Both the position numbers and the translations under genes were made by a program. The notes under the pieces were generated by a model, which saw nothing but the letters and a program-made list of their open reading frames with translations, was not told where the DNA came from and ran no database searches. 64,000 nt of DNA from Candidatus Nanopelagicales bacterium. Lineage in GTDB: Bacteria; Actinomycetota; Actinomycetes; S36-B12. The stretch is from assembly GCA_040398845.1 (NCBI GenBank), contig JBBATH010000010.1, positions 2,456 through 66,455 on the forward strand, written 5' to 3'. Positions 1-9,200 of the stretch are shown in pieces; the first letter of the stretch is position 1, and each line of letters opens with the position of its first letter.

Positions 1-495
1 ATGCCCAATCCGCATGGAATTGATGGAATCTCCGAAGCACAGTGGGAGAAAAGTGTAGACGTGAACCTCAAGAGCGGGTTCTTCCTCACCCAAGCGGTGC
101 TTCCGCTCATGCGAAGGACAGGGAATGGCGGATCGATCATCTACACCTCGTCTGCGGCAGGCCTCGTGGGATCCTTCACCAGCCCGCTCTACTCGCTGAC
201 GAAGGCGGGTCTCATCGGTCTCACGAAATCGCTGTGCGTTGTCCTGGCGCCGGAGGGAATTCGGGTAAATGCCGTCTGCCCCGGCCCGGTCCGCACTCCG
301 ATGCTGGCCGGCTTCATGGCCAAGGGGCAGGAATCGATTGATGAGGTTGCCGAACTGTATTCGAGTCGCGTGCCGCTTGGGCGCGTTGCTGAGCCCAGTG
401 AGATTGCGGCAGCGATACTGTTCCTCGCCGGCGAAGAGTCGAGCTACCTCACCGGTGTGGCTCTGCCGGTCGACGGCGGATACACGGCGGTCTAG
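1..495 (+). CDS. SDR family oxidoreductase, C-terminal part (5' end lies outside the window)
   Basis: ORF runs from the window edge. It shows the catalytic YSLTK (YxxxK) and the SDR C-terminal motifs NAVCPGPVRTPM and LTGVALPVDGGYTA. Confidence 0.8.
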   Translation: MPNPHGIDGISEAQWEKSVDVNLKSGFFLTQAVLPLMRRTGNGGSIIYTSSAAGLVGSFTSPLYSLTKAGLIGLTKSLCVVLAPEGIRVNAVCPGPVRTPMLAGFMAKGQESIDEVAELYSSRVPLGRVAEPSEIAAAILFLAGEESSYLTGVALPVDGGYTAV

Positions 496-501
496 TCGCA
501 C

Positions 502-1554
502 ATGGAGACCATCTACCCCCGAAGATTCGGCGTCTTCTACGACTTTCGAAATCCAGCGGCATGGCGTCAGCCATGGCCGGAGCGCTACCGGCAACTCATC
601 GATCAGATTGCCTGGGTGGATGCGGAACTTGAATTCGATGAAATCTCAATCTCGGAGCACCACTTCCTCGATGACGGATGGACACCTTCACCGCTGGTGC
701 TCGCGGCGGCCGTGGCCTCGCGCACCTCGCGGGTGGGCATTGCAACGAACATCATCCAGTTGCCTCTCCACCAGCCACTGAGGATCGCTGAGGATGCCCT
801 GACCGTTGACATCCTGTCGCAGGGGCGTTTCCGGCTGGGTGTTGCTGCCGGCTACCGCGAAGAGGAGTTCGCCGGACTGGGTGTCCGTCTTGGCGATCGC
901 GGGAGTCTCATGGACGAGGGGATCGCGATCATCCGAAAGGCCTTCGCGGGTGAGCCATTTGCCTTCTCCGGCAGGCACTGGTCCTTTCCTGAGTTAACCG
1001 TCGCACCCGGCCCAATGCGACCTGGCGGACCTGAGATCTGGCTGGGGGGCAGGGCTCGACCCGCATTGGAGCGAGCGGCAGCACAGGGCGACGGATTCAT
1101 GGCTTCGTCCAATGACGACGTAACGGGCTACCTTGCGGCGCGCCGGCAGCTCGGATTTAAGGACGCGCCTGCGAAGACCATGCGGACCGCTCGATTGATT
1201 ATCGATGAGGATCCGGAGCGGGCACTGGAGGAACTCAGCGAGCACATGCTCTTCCACGTGAACGAGTACATCGAATACGGATTCGTAAAGAGGCCGCGAT
1301 ACACCGACGCTCGCGATCTCATCCGAGACGGCCAGTTCGACATCGTTGACGCCGAAGGTGCGTTGGACCGGCTCAGGACCGCGGGGGCCGCCGGAGTTCA
1401 TGAGTTTCACGTCTACGGGGTCCTGCCCGGTGAGCCGCTCGACTCAGGGTCACGGCGACTTGACTACATCTCGAACAAGGTGCTGCCAACCCTGCGATTG
1501 GGATGGTCGGCGCCCGTTGCTCGACACGAGGAAGAAGGAACAAATGTGGAATGA
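502..1554 (+). CDS. LLM-class (luciferase-like) flavin/F420-dependent oxidoreductase
   Basis: 350-aa ORF with a typical LLM N-terminus (FGVFYDF..., DEISISEHHF, TSRVGIATNI..LPLHQPLRIAED). Confidence 0.8.
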   Translation: METIYPRRFGVFYDFRNPAAWRQPWPERYRQLIDQIAWVDAELEFDEISISEHHFLDDGWTPSPLVLAAAVASRTSRVGIATNIIQLPLHQPLRIAEDALTVDILSQGRFRLGVAAGYREEEFAGLGVRLGDRGSLMDEGIAIIRKAFAGEPFAFSGRHWSFPELTVAPGPMRPGGPEIWLGGRARPALERAAAQGDGFMASSNDDVTGYLAARRQLGFKDAPAKTMRTARLIIDEDPERALEELSEHMLFHVNEYIEYGFVKRPRYTDARDLIRDGQFDIVDAEGALDRLRTAGAAGVHEFHVYGVLPGEPLDSGSRRLDYISNKVLPTLRLGWSAPVARHEEEGTNVE

Positions 1555-2440
1555 GTTGCAACAGGTTGAGAACTGCACCGTGTTTATCGCTGATGACATG
1601 CTTGGGGAGGGTCCGCATTGGGACGAGCACCGCGGGATCCTCTCGCGTGTCGACATCCATGCCGGGCTCCTCCGGTTGTGCGATCCCGCGACGGGGGAGC
1701 AGTCAACTCAGGTGATTGAAACACCCCTTGGTTTCGCGATTCCGCGTCGCTCGGGCGGGTACGTCATGGGTATCGGCCTGACCATTGTGCTGACGGAGCC
1801 CGATGGATCTCGCCGGACGTTGGTTGACTTGTCATCCCTTGACCCCTACAACCGATTCAACGATGCGGTGTGCGATGCACAGGGACGACTGTGGGCCGGG
1901 ACGATGTGCTCACAACGCCCGGACGGATTTCGGCCCTCGGGTCAGGCCGCTCTGTATCGGATCGACCCCGATGGCACCTGCGAGCAGGTCCTCGAGGATC
2001 TGACGATTTCTAATGGAATGGATTGGCCGGACGCCTCGACACTCATGCATGTCGATAGCAGTCGACATCGGATTGATACCTATCCGGTGACAAGTGAGGG
2101 GCGACTTGGGGAGCGAATCCCGTTCGCGCAGTTTGACCCATCTGACGGTTTGCCTGACGGACTGACGATCGACGACGAGGGCTGTGCGTGGGTCGCCTTC
2201 TTTGGCGGGGGACAGGTCAGACGATTCGACCGGCAAGGCGCAGAGATCGCACGGTTTCTTCTGCCCGCGAGTTGCACGACGAGCGTGGCGTTCGGCGGGC
2301 ACGACCTCGCGGATCTGTTCGTTCCGACGTCACGCCACCGACTCAGCGCCGAACAGGTGGCACAGCAACCGCTAGCTGGGTCGCTGTTTCGCCTGCGCCC
2401 CGGGGTTCGAGGACGGGTTGGTCACCGATTCGCCGGGTAG
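1544..2440 (+). CDS. SMP-30/gluconolactonase/LRE family protein
   Basis: Internal ATG at 1544 overlaps the LLM stop by 11 nt. Family-like sequence includes LGEGPHWDE, SRVDIHAG, NDAVCDAQGRLWAGTM, SNGMDW and PDGLTIDDEGCAWVA. Confidence 0.8.
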   Translation: MWNELQQVENCTVFIADDMLGEGPHWDEHRGILSRVDIHAGLLRLCDPATGEQSTQVIETPLGFAIPRRSGGYVMGIGLTIVLTEPDGSRRTLVDLSSLDPYNRFNDAVCDAQGRLWAGTMCSQRPDGFRPSGQAALYRIDPDGTCEQVLEDLTISNGMDWPDASTLMHVDSSRHRIDTYPVTSEGRLGERIPFAQFDPSDGLPDGLTIDDEGCAWVAFFGGGQVRRFDRQGAEIARFLLPASCTTSVAFGGHDLADLFVPTSRHRLSAEQVAQQPLAGSLFRLRPGVRGRVGHRFAG

Positions 2441-2481
2441 CTCCGAGGGGATAGCGGGCTGGAGGGAGATTGCGCGAGCCG

Positions 2482-2567
2482 TTGACAGGTTGCGAAAGGC
2501 CCCTTAGAGTTTCGTTAATACGAAAGAAACTTCGATATATCGAACAACTGGCTGCGCTTGCGCAGCG
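2482..2567 (+). promoter_or_regulatory. Putative promoter (TTGACA-17 nt-TAGAGT) followed by two tandem TTCG-N6-CGAA palindromes and a GC palindrome; candidate IclR-type operator
   Basis: TTGACA at 2482-2487 and TAGAGT at 2505-2510. TTTCGTTAATACGAAA at 2510-2525. Perfect palindrome TTCGATATATCGAA at 2531-2544. GCTGCGCTTGCGCAGC at 2551-2566. GGAGGA RBS lies before the GTG at 2598. Confidence 0.4.
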
Positions 2568-2597
2568 TAGGAGGCTTCGCCACCTGATGGAGGAAAC

Positions 2598-3599
2598 GTG
2601 GGCATAGTCGTCGTGACCGCCGGACATCAGATCGCCGGCGAGAGAATCGAAACCGCATCGCTCGAGGAATTGATCTTTGAGACCGTGTCGACGGCGATCG
2701 CCAAGGCGGGGATAGCACCTGAGTCGGTCGACGCGATTGTCATGAGCGGCAACGACCAGACCGATGGCCGGATCATCTCCTGCATGGTCACCGCCGGGCC
2801 TGCCGGCGGGGTCGGCAAGAACGTCATGACCATTGCATCGGGCCCGGAGCATGCGTTCGCGTACGCCTACCTGCGACTCCTCGCAGGGCAGGGCAAAAAT
2901 GCCGTCGTCGTGGGCTGGAGCAAGCCCAGCGAGTCGGCATTCCCAGAGCATGCGGAACTGGTTTCGGCTGATCCCTTCATGGTGCGGCCAATCGGGATGA
3001 ATCGACTCATCGCAGCCGCATTGCAAGCGTCGGCACTCCCCGAGGCCGAGCGCACTGGTGCTCGCTCGGAATCCGCGAATGACCCGTTCGTCTCGTGGCC
3101 GCTGACGGCTTCGGACTGTCAGGATCACGCAGACGGCGTATGCGCGATCGTTCTTGAGTCGCGTGAGCCCGGTTATGTCGGCGAGGGAGCCTGGGTTCGG
3201 GGCGTCGGATGGGCCATGGACAGGTATGACCTTGGGGATCGAGACGACATCGAGGTGGGTGGACTCACCGCTGCGACCGAACTCGCTCTCAAACAGGCTG
3301 GCGACTCATTTGGACCGATCGGCACGCTTGATGCCTTCGCCGTCGGAGTCCCGAACGAACGTCGCCTCGCCCAACGCCTTACCCAACTGCTCGGCGATGA
3401 CAAGACCGTGAGTTTCCCGTCAATTGATTGCCTTAATCCGGACTTCGCCGCGGGGCTCTTCGCCATTTGGCGAGCAGCCCAGCGAGTGATGAGTCCAGTC
3501 CGGCCGGACGCACCGCACTTTGCTGCCGCTTCCGCGACCCTGGGCTTCGCGGCTCAGGGAGTCACCGTTGTGCTTATGTCAGATCTTTCGGAGGTGTGA
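2598..3599 (+). CDS. Thiolase-fold protein, non-canonical (short, apparently lacks the nucleophilic Cys)
   Basis: 333-aa ORF with a GTG start after an RBS. Thiolase-like N-terminus (ELIFETVSTAIAKAGIAPESVDAIVMSGND). The position where thiolases carry C-A-S-G reads T-I-A-S-G. Confidence 0.65.
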   Translation: MGIVVVTAGHQIAGERIETASLEELIFETVSTAIAKAGIAPESVDAIVMSGNDQTDGRIISCMVTAGPAGGVGKNVMTIASGPEHAFAYAYLRLLAGQGKNAVVVGWSKPSESAFPEHAELVSADPFMVRPIGMNRLIAAALQASALPEAERTGARSESANDPFVSWPLTASDCQDHADGVCAIVLESREPGYVGEGAWVRGVGWAMDRYDLGDRDDIEVGGLTAATELALKQAGDSFGPIGTLDAFAVGVPNERRLAQRLTQLLGDDKTVSFPSIDCLNPDFAAGLFAIWRAAQRVMSPVRPDAPHFAAASATLGFAAQGVTVVLMSDLSEV

Positions 3600-3603
3600 G
3601 GAC

Positions 3604-4803
3604 ATGCGCAATGTAGGGATACTCGGAGTCGGCCAGACGGACTTCGTCACCAAGCGAACGGACGTCACGTATCCAGAGCTCGTCCGTGAAGGTGCGCAGT
3701 TGGCATTCAACGATGCTGGCCTGTCTATGCGCGACGTCGAGGCAGTCGTGGTGCCACTTGCCCCTGATGCGCTCATCGGGATCGGGAATGGTGAGCGGTG
3801 GCTCGTCGAAGCGATTGGAGCGACGGGCAAGCCCGTTATGCGGGTGAACAACGGTGGAGCTACGGGAGCGAGCGCCGTTGAGGCTGCGTGGATGCATATT
3901 GCGTCCGGCCTCTTTGATGTCGTACTCGTTGCTGGTGCTGACCGAGTGAGTGAGTCGCTCTCAGCCCAATCTGTTCTCAACAAGATGTGGGACGTGGCCT
4001 ACGAGCGCCCGTATCCGCAAAATACCATAACCATGCTCGCAATGTCGGCTATGCGCTACAACCACATGTACGGCGCCGACGAGCGTGACATGGCGCGGGT
4101 GACGGTGAAGAACCGTAGGCATGCTTCCCTCAACCCACATGCCCATCTGCGTGAACTGGTAACTGAGGATGATGTCCTGAACTCCAGGATCCTCTCTTGG
4201 CCGCTGAAACTTGGCGACGTCTGCCCATCCTCCACTGGCGGCGCCGCACTCATTCTCGTCTCTGAGGAGTATGCGGCCCGTATGAAGAAACCTGTTGCCT
4301 GGATCCGAGGACTGGGCCAGAACACGGAGACCTTCTGGATGGGGGATCGTGTCGGTCCCCAAGCACTGGGCGACCACGCTGACGCGGATGCTCTCGCCGT
4401 TGCCTTTGAGCGCGCGTATGCCCAGGCGGGACTCACCGACCCAACGACCCAGATCGATGTCGCCGAAATCTACGCGCCGTTCTCAAGTGTGGAATTCCAC
4501 GTGATTGAGGCAGCCGGTCTCTGCGGACGAGGTGAAGCGCCAGCGCTTCTTGCCGGCGGGGCCTTCCACCTCGGCGCCCAGGGAGTCGTCGTCAATCCCT
4601 CTGGGGGAACCCAGTGCACGAACCCCATCGCCGTGACCGGAACGGTGCGAGTCATCGAGGCTGCCACTCAGGTTCTCGGCCGTGCAGGCGAGCGACAGGT
4701 GGCGGGCGCCAATGTAGCCATCGCCAGCGCGATTGGTGGAGACCATCAGTTCTACTCGACCTTCGTCATTGCCAACCATCTCGATCCGATTGGACACCCA
4801 TGA
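3604..4803 (+). CDS. Thiolase/SCP-x-like family protein (the type that partners with DUF35)
   Basis: ATG at 3604. N-terminus MRNVGILGVGQTDF, plus AGADRVSE and NPSGGTQ. The expected CxSG reads GATGAS and the expected GHP reads TNP. Confidence 0.75.
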   Translation: MRNVGILGVGQTDFVTKRTDVTYPELVREGAQLAFNDAGLSMRDVEAVVVPLAPDALIGIGNGERWLVEAIGATGKPVMRVNNGGATGASAVEAAWMHIASGLFDVVLVAGADRVSESLSAQSVLNKMWDVAYERPYPQNTITMLAMSAMRYNHMYGADERDMARVTVKNRRHASLNPHAHLRELVTEDDVLNSRILSWPLKLGDVCPSSTGGAALILVSEEYAARMKKPVAWIRGLGQNTETFWMGDRVGPQALGDHADADALAVAFERAYAQAGLTDPTTQIDVAEIYAPFSSVEFHVIEAAGLCGRGEAPALLAGGAFHLGAQGVVVNPSGGTQCTNPIAVTGTVRVIEAATQVLGRAGERQVAGANVAIASAIGGDHQFYSTFVIANHLDPIGHP

Positions 4804-5285
4804 CATCCGCAAGCGAAACCGCCCCGGCTCGCTTCTACGAGCAAACCTGGGACCTCAGTTACCGACACGCGCTCGGCGCGACTGTCGGAGTATTCCTTGA
4901 CGGGCTCCGTGACGCTAAACTTCTTGGCCGTCAGTGCCCGAAGTGCTCCAGAGTTCTCGTCCCGCCGCGCTCATACTGCGATCGCTGCCTCGTGGAGACC
5001 GGAGATTGGCAGGAGGTGGCCAATGAAGGGGTCATCGAGATGATGACGATCGTCTACGAACCGTTCAAGGGGCTTCCGGCGCCGCCATACGCGATTGCCT
5101 ATGTCCTTCTCGACGGAGCAAGCACAGCGCTCCTCGGCTACGTCCACGGGATTGATCTAACAGAAGTGAAGTCGGCGACGGAGCAACTGGCGATCGGCAA
5201 GCGCGTGAACGTTCACTTCAGCCCGGAGCCCAAGGGGGACGTGACCGACTACTGGTTCGAACTCTCAGACAAGGAACCCTCCTAA
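4800..5285 (+). CDS. Zn-ribbon/OB-fold DUF35 family protein
   Basis: ATGA overlap with the upstream thiolase-like gene. Cys4 ribbon CPKCSRVLVPPRSYCDRC is followed by an OB-fold-like segment. Confidence 0.85.
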   Translation: MTSASETAPARFYEQTWDLSYRHALGATVGVFLDGLRDAKLLGRQCPKCSRVLVPPRSYCDRCLVETGDWQEVANEGVIEMMTIVYEPFKGLPAPPYAIAYVLLDGASTALLGYVHGIDLTEVKSATEQLAIGKRVNVHFSPEPKGDVTDYWFELSDKEPS

Positions 5286-5287
5286 AC

Positions 5288-6898
5288 GTGAGTCGCCGAC
5301 CGTGGGCACGCACAGTGCCTGATCTCGTGAAGGAGTGGAGTTCGCTCACGCCTGAGGCACTGGCCATCATTCCTGCGGCGGGTGCTCCGATGACGTACTC
5401 GGAGCTCGAGGGCCTGATGGAGGGTATCGCAGAGTCACTGCTCGATCGAGGAATCGGACCCGGTTCGGTGGTGGCGCTGCTTGCACCGAATATTCGCGAA
5501 TGGATCCCAACGGCACTGGCCGTTCAAGCGGTTGGCGCACAGCTTGCCGCCTTCAACACCTTCGTGAAGCCCCTTGAGTTGGCATATCTGCTCGAGCACT
5601 CAAAGTGCTCCGCCCTTGTGATCGCACCGAGGGTCGGCAAGCACAGCCTTCTCACGACACTTCAGGACATCGTCCCCGAAATCTGGGGGGCAAATCTTTC
5701 AAATGCTCCGTCTTTGCGATTCCCGAGCCTTCGATCGGTGATCGTCATCGGGGAAGAGTTGCCGGTTGGCGCGGATCCGTGGTCAGCGCTGGTGAGCGAA
5801 CCCAGCAATGCCCACCGGCCCGACCGCTGCTATCCGTCGGCTGTTGATGATGCGGTCGTGGTCTACACCTCCGGGTCAACGGCTCGGCCGAAGGCCGTTC
5901 CCCTTTCGCACTACGCCATGATTGAGAATGGTTTCGCGATAGGTGAACGTATGCAACTCACCCCGGCTGACCGGGTGTGGCTTGGTGCACCGCTCTTTTG
6001 GAGTTACGGAATTGCCAACGCGATGATGGCGGTTTTCACTCACGGAGCTGCGCTTGTGCTTCATGATGAGTACACCGCGAGCTCTGCCGCAGACCTCATC
6101 TTTCGCGAGCGTTGCACTGCGGCCTATCTGCTTCCGACGATCATCCATGAGCTGGCGGCGCTGCCGTCGAGCGAACGCGCCAAGCTCGCATCCCTGCAAA
6201 CCGGGCTGACGATTGGAAACCCCAGCGAGGTCGCCCTCGCCGTTGAGCTCGGCATCACTGGCATTTGCAACATCTACGGATCGACCGAGGTATACGGCAA
6301 CTGCTGCGTCACACCGCGGGAGATGCCCCTGGAACAGCGACTGGAATGCCAAGGCCCGCCCCTACCGGGGGTCGAGGTACGAATCACTGATGCGGAGACG
6401 GGAGAACCGATCTCCGGGGGCCAGGGCCTCATCGAGGTGCGGGGATACGTCACACGTGGCTACCTCAACGATCCCGAACTCAATGCCAAGACCTTTACAA
6501 CGGACGCGTGGTATCGAACGGGTGACCTTGGAGTCCTGCTAGAGGACGGTTCACTCCGATTCATTGCGAGGGCGACCGACATGATCAAGACCTCTGGAAT
6601 CAACGTCTCTCCCGCTGAAGTCGAGGAGTTCATCAATTCCCTTGACGATGTTGCCGGCTGCGTTGTCGTGGGAGCTCGCAACGAGCTCCGAGGCGAGGTC
6701 GTGGTGGCGATCGTTCAGCCGGTCGCCGGACACACAATTGACCCCGCAAACCTTGTTTCACAATGCAAGTCGAGTATCGCGGCGTTCAAGGTCCCGGCCG
6801 TGGTGCTCATCGTTGATTCGCTCCCACTCACCTCGACAGGAAAGATCTCCCGGATGGAGGCAAGGATCCTTGCCACCCGATCGGTGACGGGGGCCTAG
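5288..6898 (+). CDS. AMP-dependent acyl-CoA synthetase/ligase
   Basis: 536 aa with adenylation motifs YTSGSTARPKAV, YGSTE, YRTGDLG and a C-terminal GKISR. Confidence 0.85.
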   Translation: MSRRPWARTVPDLVKEWSSLTPEALAIIPAAGAPMTYSELEGLMEGIAESLLDRGIGPGSVVALLAPNIREWIPTALAVQAVGAQLAAFNTFVKPLELAYLLEHSKCSALVIAPRVGKHSLLTTLQDIVPEIWGANLSNAPSLRFPSLRSVIVIGEELPVGADPWSALVSEPSNAHRPDRCYPSAVDDAVVVYTSGSTARPKAVPLSHYAMIENGFAIGERMQLTPADRVWLGAPLFWSYGIANAMMAVFTHGAALVLHDEYTASSAADLIFRERCTAAYLLPTIIHELAALPSSERAKLASLQTGLTIGNPSEVALAVELGITGICNIYGSTEVYGNCCVTPREMPLEQRLECQGPPLPGVEVRITDAETGEPISGGQGLIEVRGYVTRGYLNDPELNAKTFTTDAWYRTGDLGVLLEDGSLRFIARATDMIKTSGINVSPAEVEEFINSLDDVAGCVVVGARNELRGEVVVAIVQPVAGHTIDPANLVSQCKSSIAAFKVPAVVLIVDSLPLTSTGKISRMEARILATRSVTGA

Positions 6899-6900
6899 TC

Positions 6901-7668
6901 ATGGCAGGTGACAAGGTCGAGCGAATCGCTGAGGTGCTTGAGTTTGTCCTCAGCCGCAAGTCGGCGGGCGTGCGAATGTCCGACGTGTGCCAGGTACTCG
7001 ATCATCCGATCAGCAGCACGCATGATCTTCTTCGCGCAATGGTGAAAGCCGAACTGATTTGCGTCGACGAGGAGCGCACCTACCGCATTGGTCCTCGATT
7101 CATTCAGCTCGCCTTTGCGACCGGTCAGTCCCTCGATGTGCGAGTGCTGGCCCACCAGCACCTCGAGAAGTTGGCGTCCAATTTGGGACACGACGTGTAT
7201 TTGGCGGTCAGGGTGGGTAATGGCGTGACATACGTGGATCGAATTCCCGGCCAGGGACGTGCCGCCGTTGACATCCGTCTCGGTGACCCGGTGCCCTTGC
7301 ATTCAAGTGCAGCGGGGAAGTTGTACTGCGCCTTCTCCCACGACCTTGAGGCCGCGACCCTCAAAGCGTCGATGCCACCACTCACGAGTCACACGATCAC
7401 GCTGCGTGAAGAACTTGTGGTGGAGTTTGCGACCATCCGGGGGCAGCGATACTCGATCAGCAATGAGGAAACGATCTCAGGCATCTTCGGCTTTGCTGTT
7501 CCCGTGTGGGGAGCACCAGGGCGTCTCATCGCTGCTGTCCACGTCTCGGCCTTCCGTGACCTCGTCTCATCCCAGGATAAGCCCGGCATCATCGCGGAAA
7601 TGCTCGCCTGCAGCGATGCCATTGCGGGAGCGATGGGATTGCTCGACACACGGACTGCCGAAGCGTGA
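6901..7668 (+). CDS. IclR family transcriptional regulator
   Basis: 255 aa. N-terminal winged HTH (VERIAEVLEFVLS...MSDVCQVL) and an IclR effector domain (PLHSSAAGKLYCAF, SNEETISGIFGFAVPV). Confidence 0.85.
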   Translation: MAGDKVERIAEVLEFVLSRKSAGVRMSDVCQVLDHPISSTHDLLRAMVKAELICVDEERTYRIGPRFIQLAFATGQSLDVRVLAHQHLEKLASNLGHDVYLAVRVGNGVTYVDRIPGQGRAAVDIRLGDPVPLHSSAAGKLYCAFSHDLEAATLKASMPPLTSHTITLREELVVEFATIRGQRYSISNEETISGIFGFAVPVWGAPGRLIAAVHVSAFRDLVSSQDKPGIIAEMLACSDAIAGAMGLLDTRTAEA

Positions 7669-7736
7669 TTCCCATGACCCTGCATTCCGCACATCCATCA
7701 GGGCTGCCCATCAGCCCGATCGCAGTTAGGTGACCA

Positions 7737-9188
7737 ATGGCGCATCTCGAGCTCATCACAGAGGCCTATATCGACGGCGAAGTCCTTCGCTTACCTGCGG
7801 GCGAGCGGTACGAAACACTCAACCCCTCGACCGGGGCGGTCATTGCCAGCACGCCTGTGGCGACCGCGGCTGATGTGCACGCGGCAGTGGAGTCCTCGCG
7901 GCTGGCGCAGCCGCATTGGGCTGCCACGAAGCCCGCTGACCGGGGTCGGATTCTCACCGCGATTGCTCAGGAGATACGCGCGCAGGCCCGAGAACTTGCG
8001 CGTATCGAAGGCCTTGACACAGGCAAGCCAATGACGATGGCACTCGGTGACGTCGAGTCAACCGCGAGATACTTCGAGTTCTACGCGGGGGCCGCAGATA
8101 AACTGCACGGTGACGTGATTCCCCTAGGTCCGAGTTACCACGCGTTCACGGAACACGCACCATACGGCGTGATCGGGATCATTCTCCCGTGGAACGCGCC
8201 CCTGCAGCAGGCTGCGCGCAGTGTTGCGCCAGCACTGGCCACGGGCAATTGCGTGGTAGTGAAGCCGGCCGAGGATGCACCGCTGACAAACCCGATCCTG
8301 GCACGGATCGCAACGAAGTGCGGCCTCCCATCCGGCGTATGGAACGTCATCCCCGGTGATGGCCCCACGACTGGTGCCGCCCTCGTGGCGGATCCCGGCG
8401 TGCGGCGGGTGATGTTCACCGGATCGGTTGAAGTGGGCAAGATCATCGCCCGCGCCGCGGCCGATCGACTCATCCCCGTCGGGCTCGAACTCGGTGGCAA
8501 GTCACCCAACATCGTCTTCGCCGATGCAGATCTTGATCGCGCTGTGGACGGGACCGTTCTTGCGATCACCTACAACTCGGGGCAGGCATGTTCGGCGGGC
8601 AGCAGGCTCTACGTCGAGGATTCGATCTACGAGGAGTTCACCACCCGCCTGCGCAAGCGACTGCTGGAGGTCAGTGTCGGTGCGGCGGATGAGGACCCCG
8701 ATATCGGCCCAATCGCCACTCGCGAGCAGTTCGCCCGAGTGAGGTCCTACCTTGATAGGGCAGTAGAGCTTGGTGGGAGGCCGATACTTGAGGTGAGGCC
8801 AACCGTTCTTGACAGGCACCCTGATGGTTTCTATGTCGGCCCCGCAATCTTTGAGTGTGCTCAGGATTCGCGCTTGGTTCGCGAGGAGATCTTTGGTCCG
8901 GTGCTCGTCACGGCTCGATTTAGCACCGATGAGCAGGCGCTGAGCATGGCCAACGAGTCGAATTACGGGCTTGTTGCCGGCGTATGGACGCGCGACATCG
9001 ATAGGGCGCTGCGCTTCTCGGCTGGGCTGGAGGCCGGTCAGGTCTTCATCAACAACTGGTTCGGCGGCGGTGTCGAGACTCCGTTCGGCGGCTGGAAGGA
9101 CAGCGGCATGGGGAGGGAAAAGGGCCTTGAGGCCCTTGCGCACTACACGCAAGTTCGTACCACGATCATCAGTGTCGGCCAGAGCTAG
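7737..9188 (+). CDS. NAD(P)-dependent aldehyde dehydrogenase
   Basis: 483 aa with PWNAPL, FTGSVEVGK, LELGGKSP, NSGQACSAGSR and EEIFGPV. Confidence 0.9.
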   Translation: MAHLELITEAYIDGEVLRLPAGERYETLNPSTGAVIASTPVATAADVHAAVESSRLAQPHWAATKPADRGRILTAIAQEIRAQARELARIEGLDTGKPMTMALGDVESTARYFEFYAGAADKLHGDVIPLGPSYHAFTEHAPYGVIGIILPWNAPLQQAARSVAPALATGNCVVVKPAEDAPLTNPILARIATKCGLPSGVWNVIPGDGPTTGAALVADPGVRRVMFTGSVEVGKIIARAAADRLIPVGLELGGKSPNIVFADADLDRAVDGTVLAITYNSGQACSAGSRLYVEDSIYEEFTTRLRKRLLEVSVGAADEDPDIGPIATREQFARVRSYLDRAVELGGRPILEVRPTVLDRHPDGFYVGPAIFECAQDSRLVREEIFGPVLVTARFSTDEQALSMANESNYGLVAGVWTRDIDRALRFSAGLEAGQVFINNWFGGGVETPFGGWKDSGMGREKGLEALAHYTQVRTTIISVGQS

Positions 9189-9200
9189 ATCCGTCGAGGC

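Noticed and set aside
2598-5285. Reading the thiolase-like/thiolase-like/DUF35 triad as a PhlACB-type Friedel-Crafts acyltransferase.
   Set aside because: The gene order is similar, but that enzyme depends on a catalytic Cys in its thiolase-like subunit. I cannot find a Cys at the corresponding position in either protein here. I kept this only as one of several analogies.
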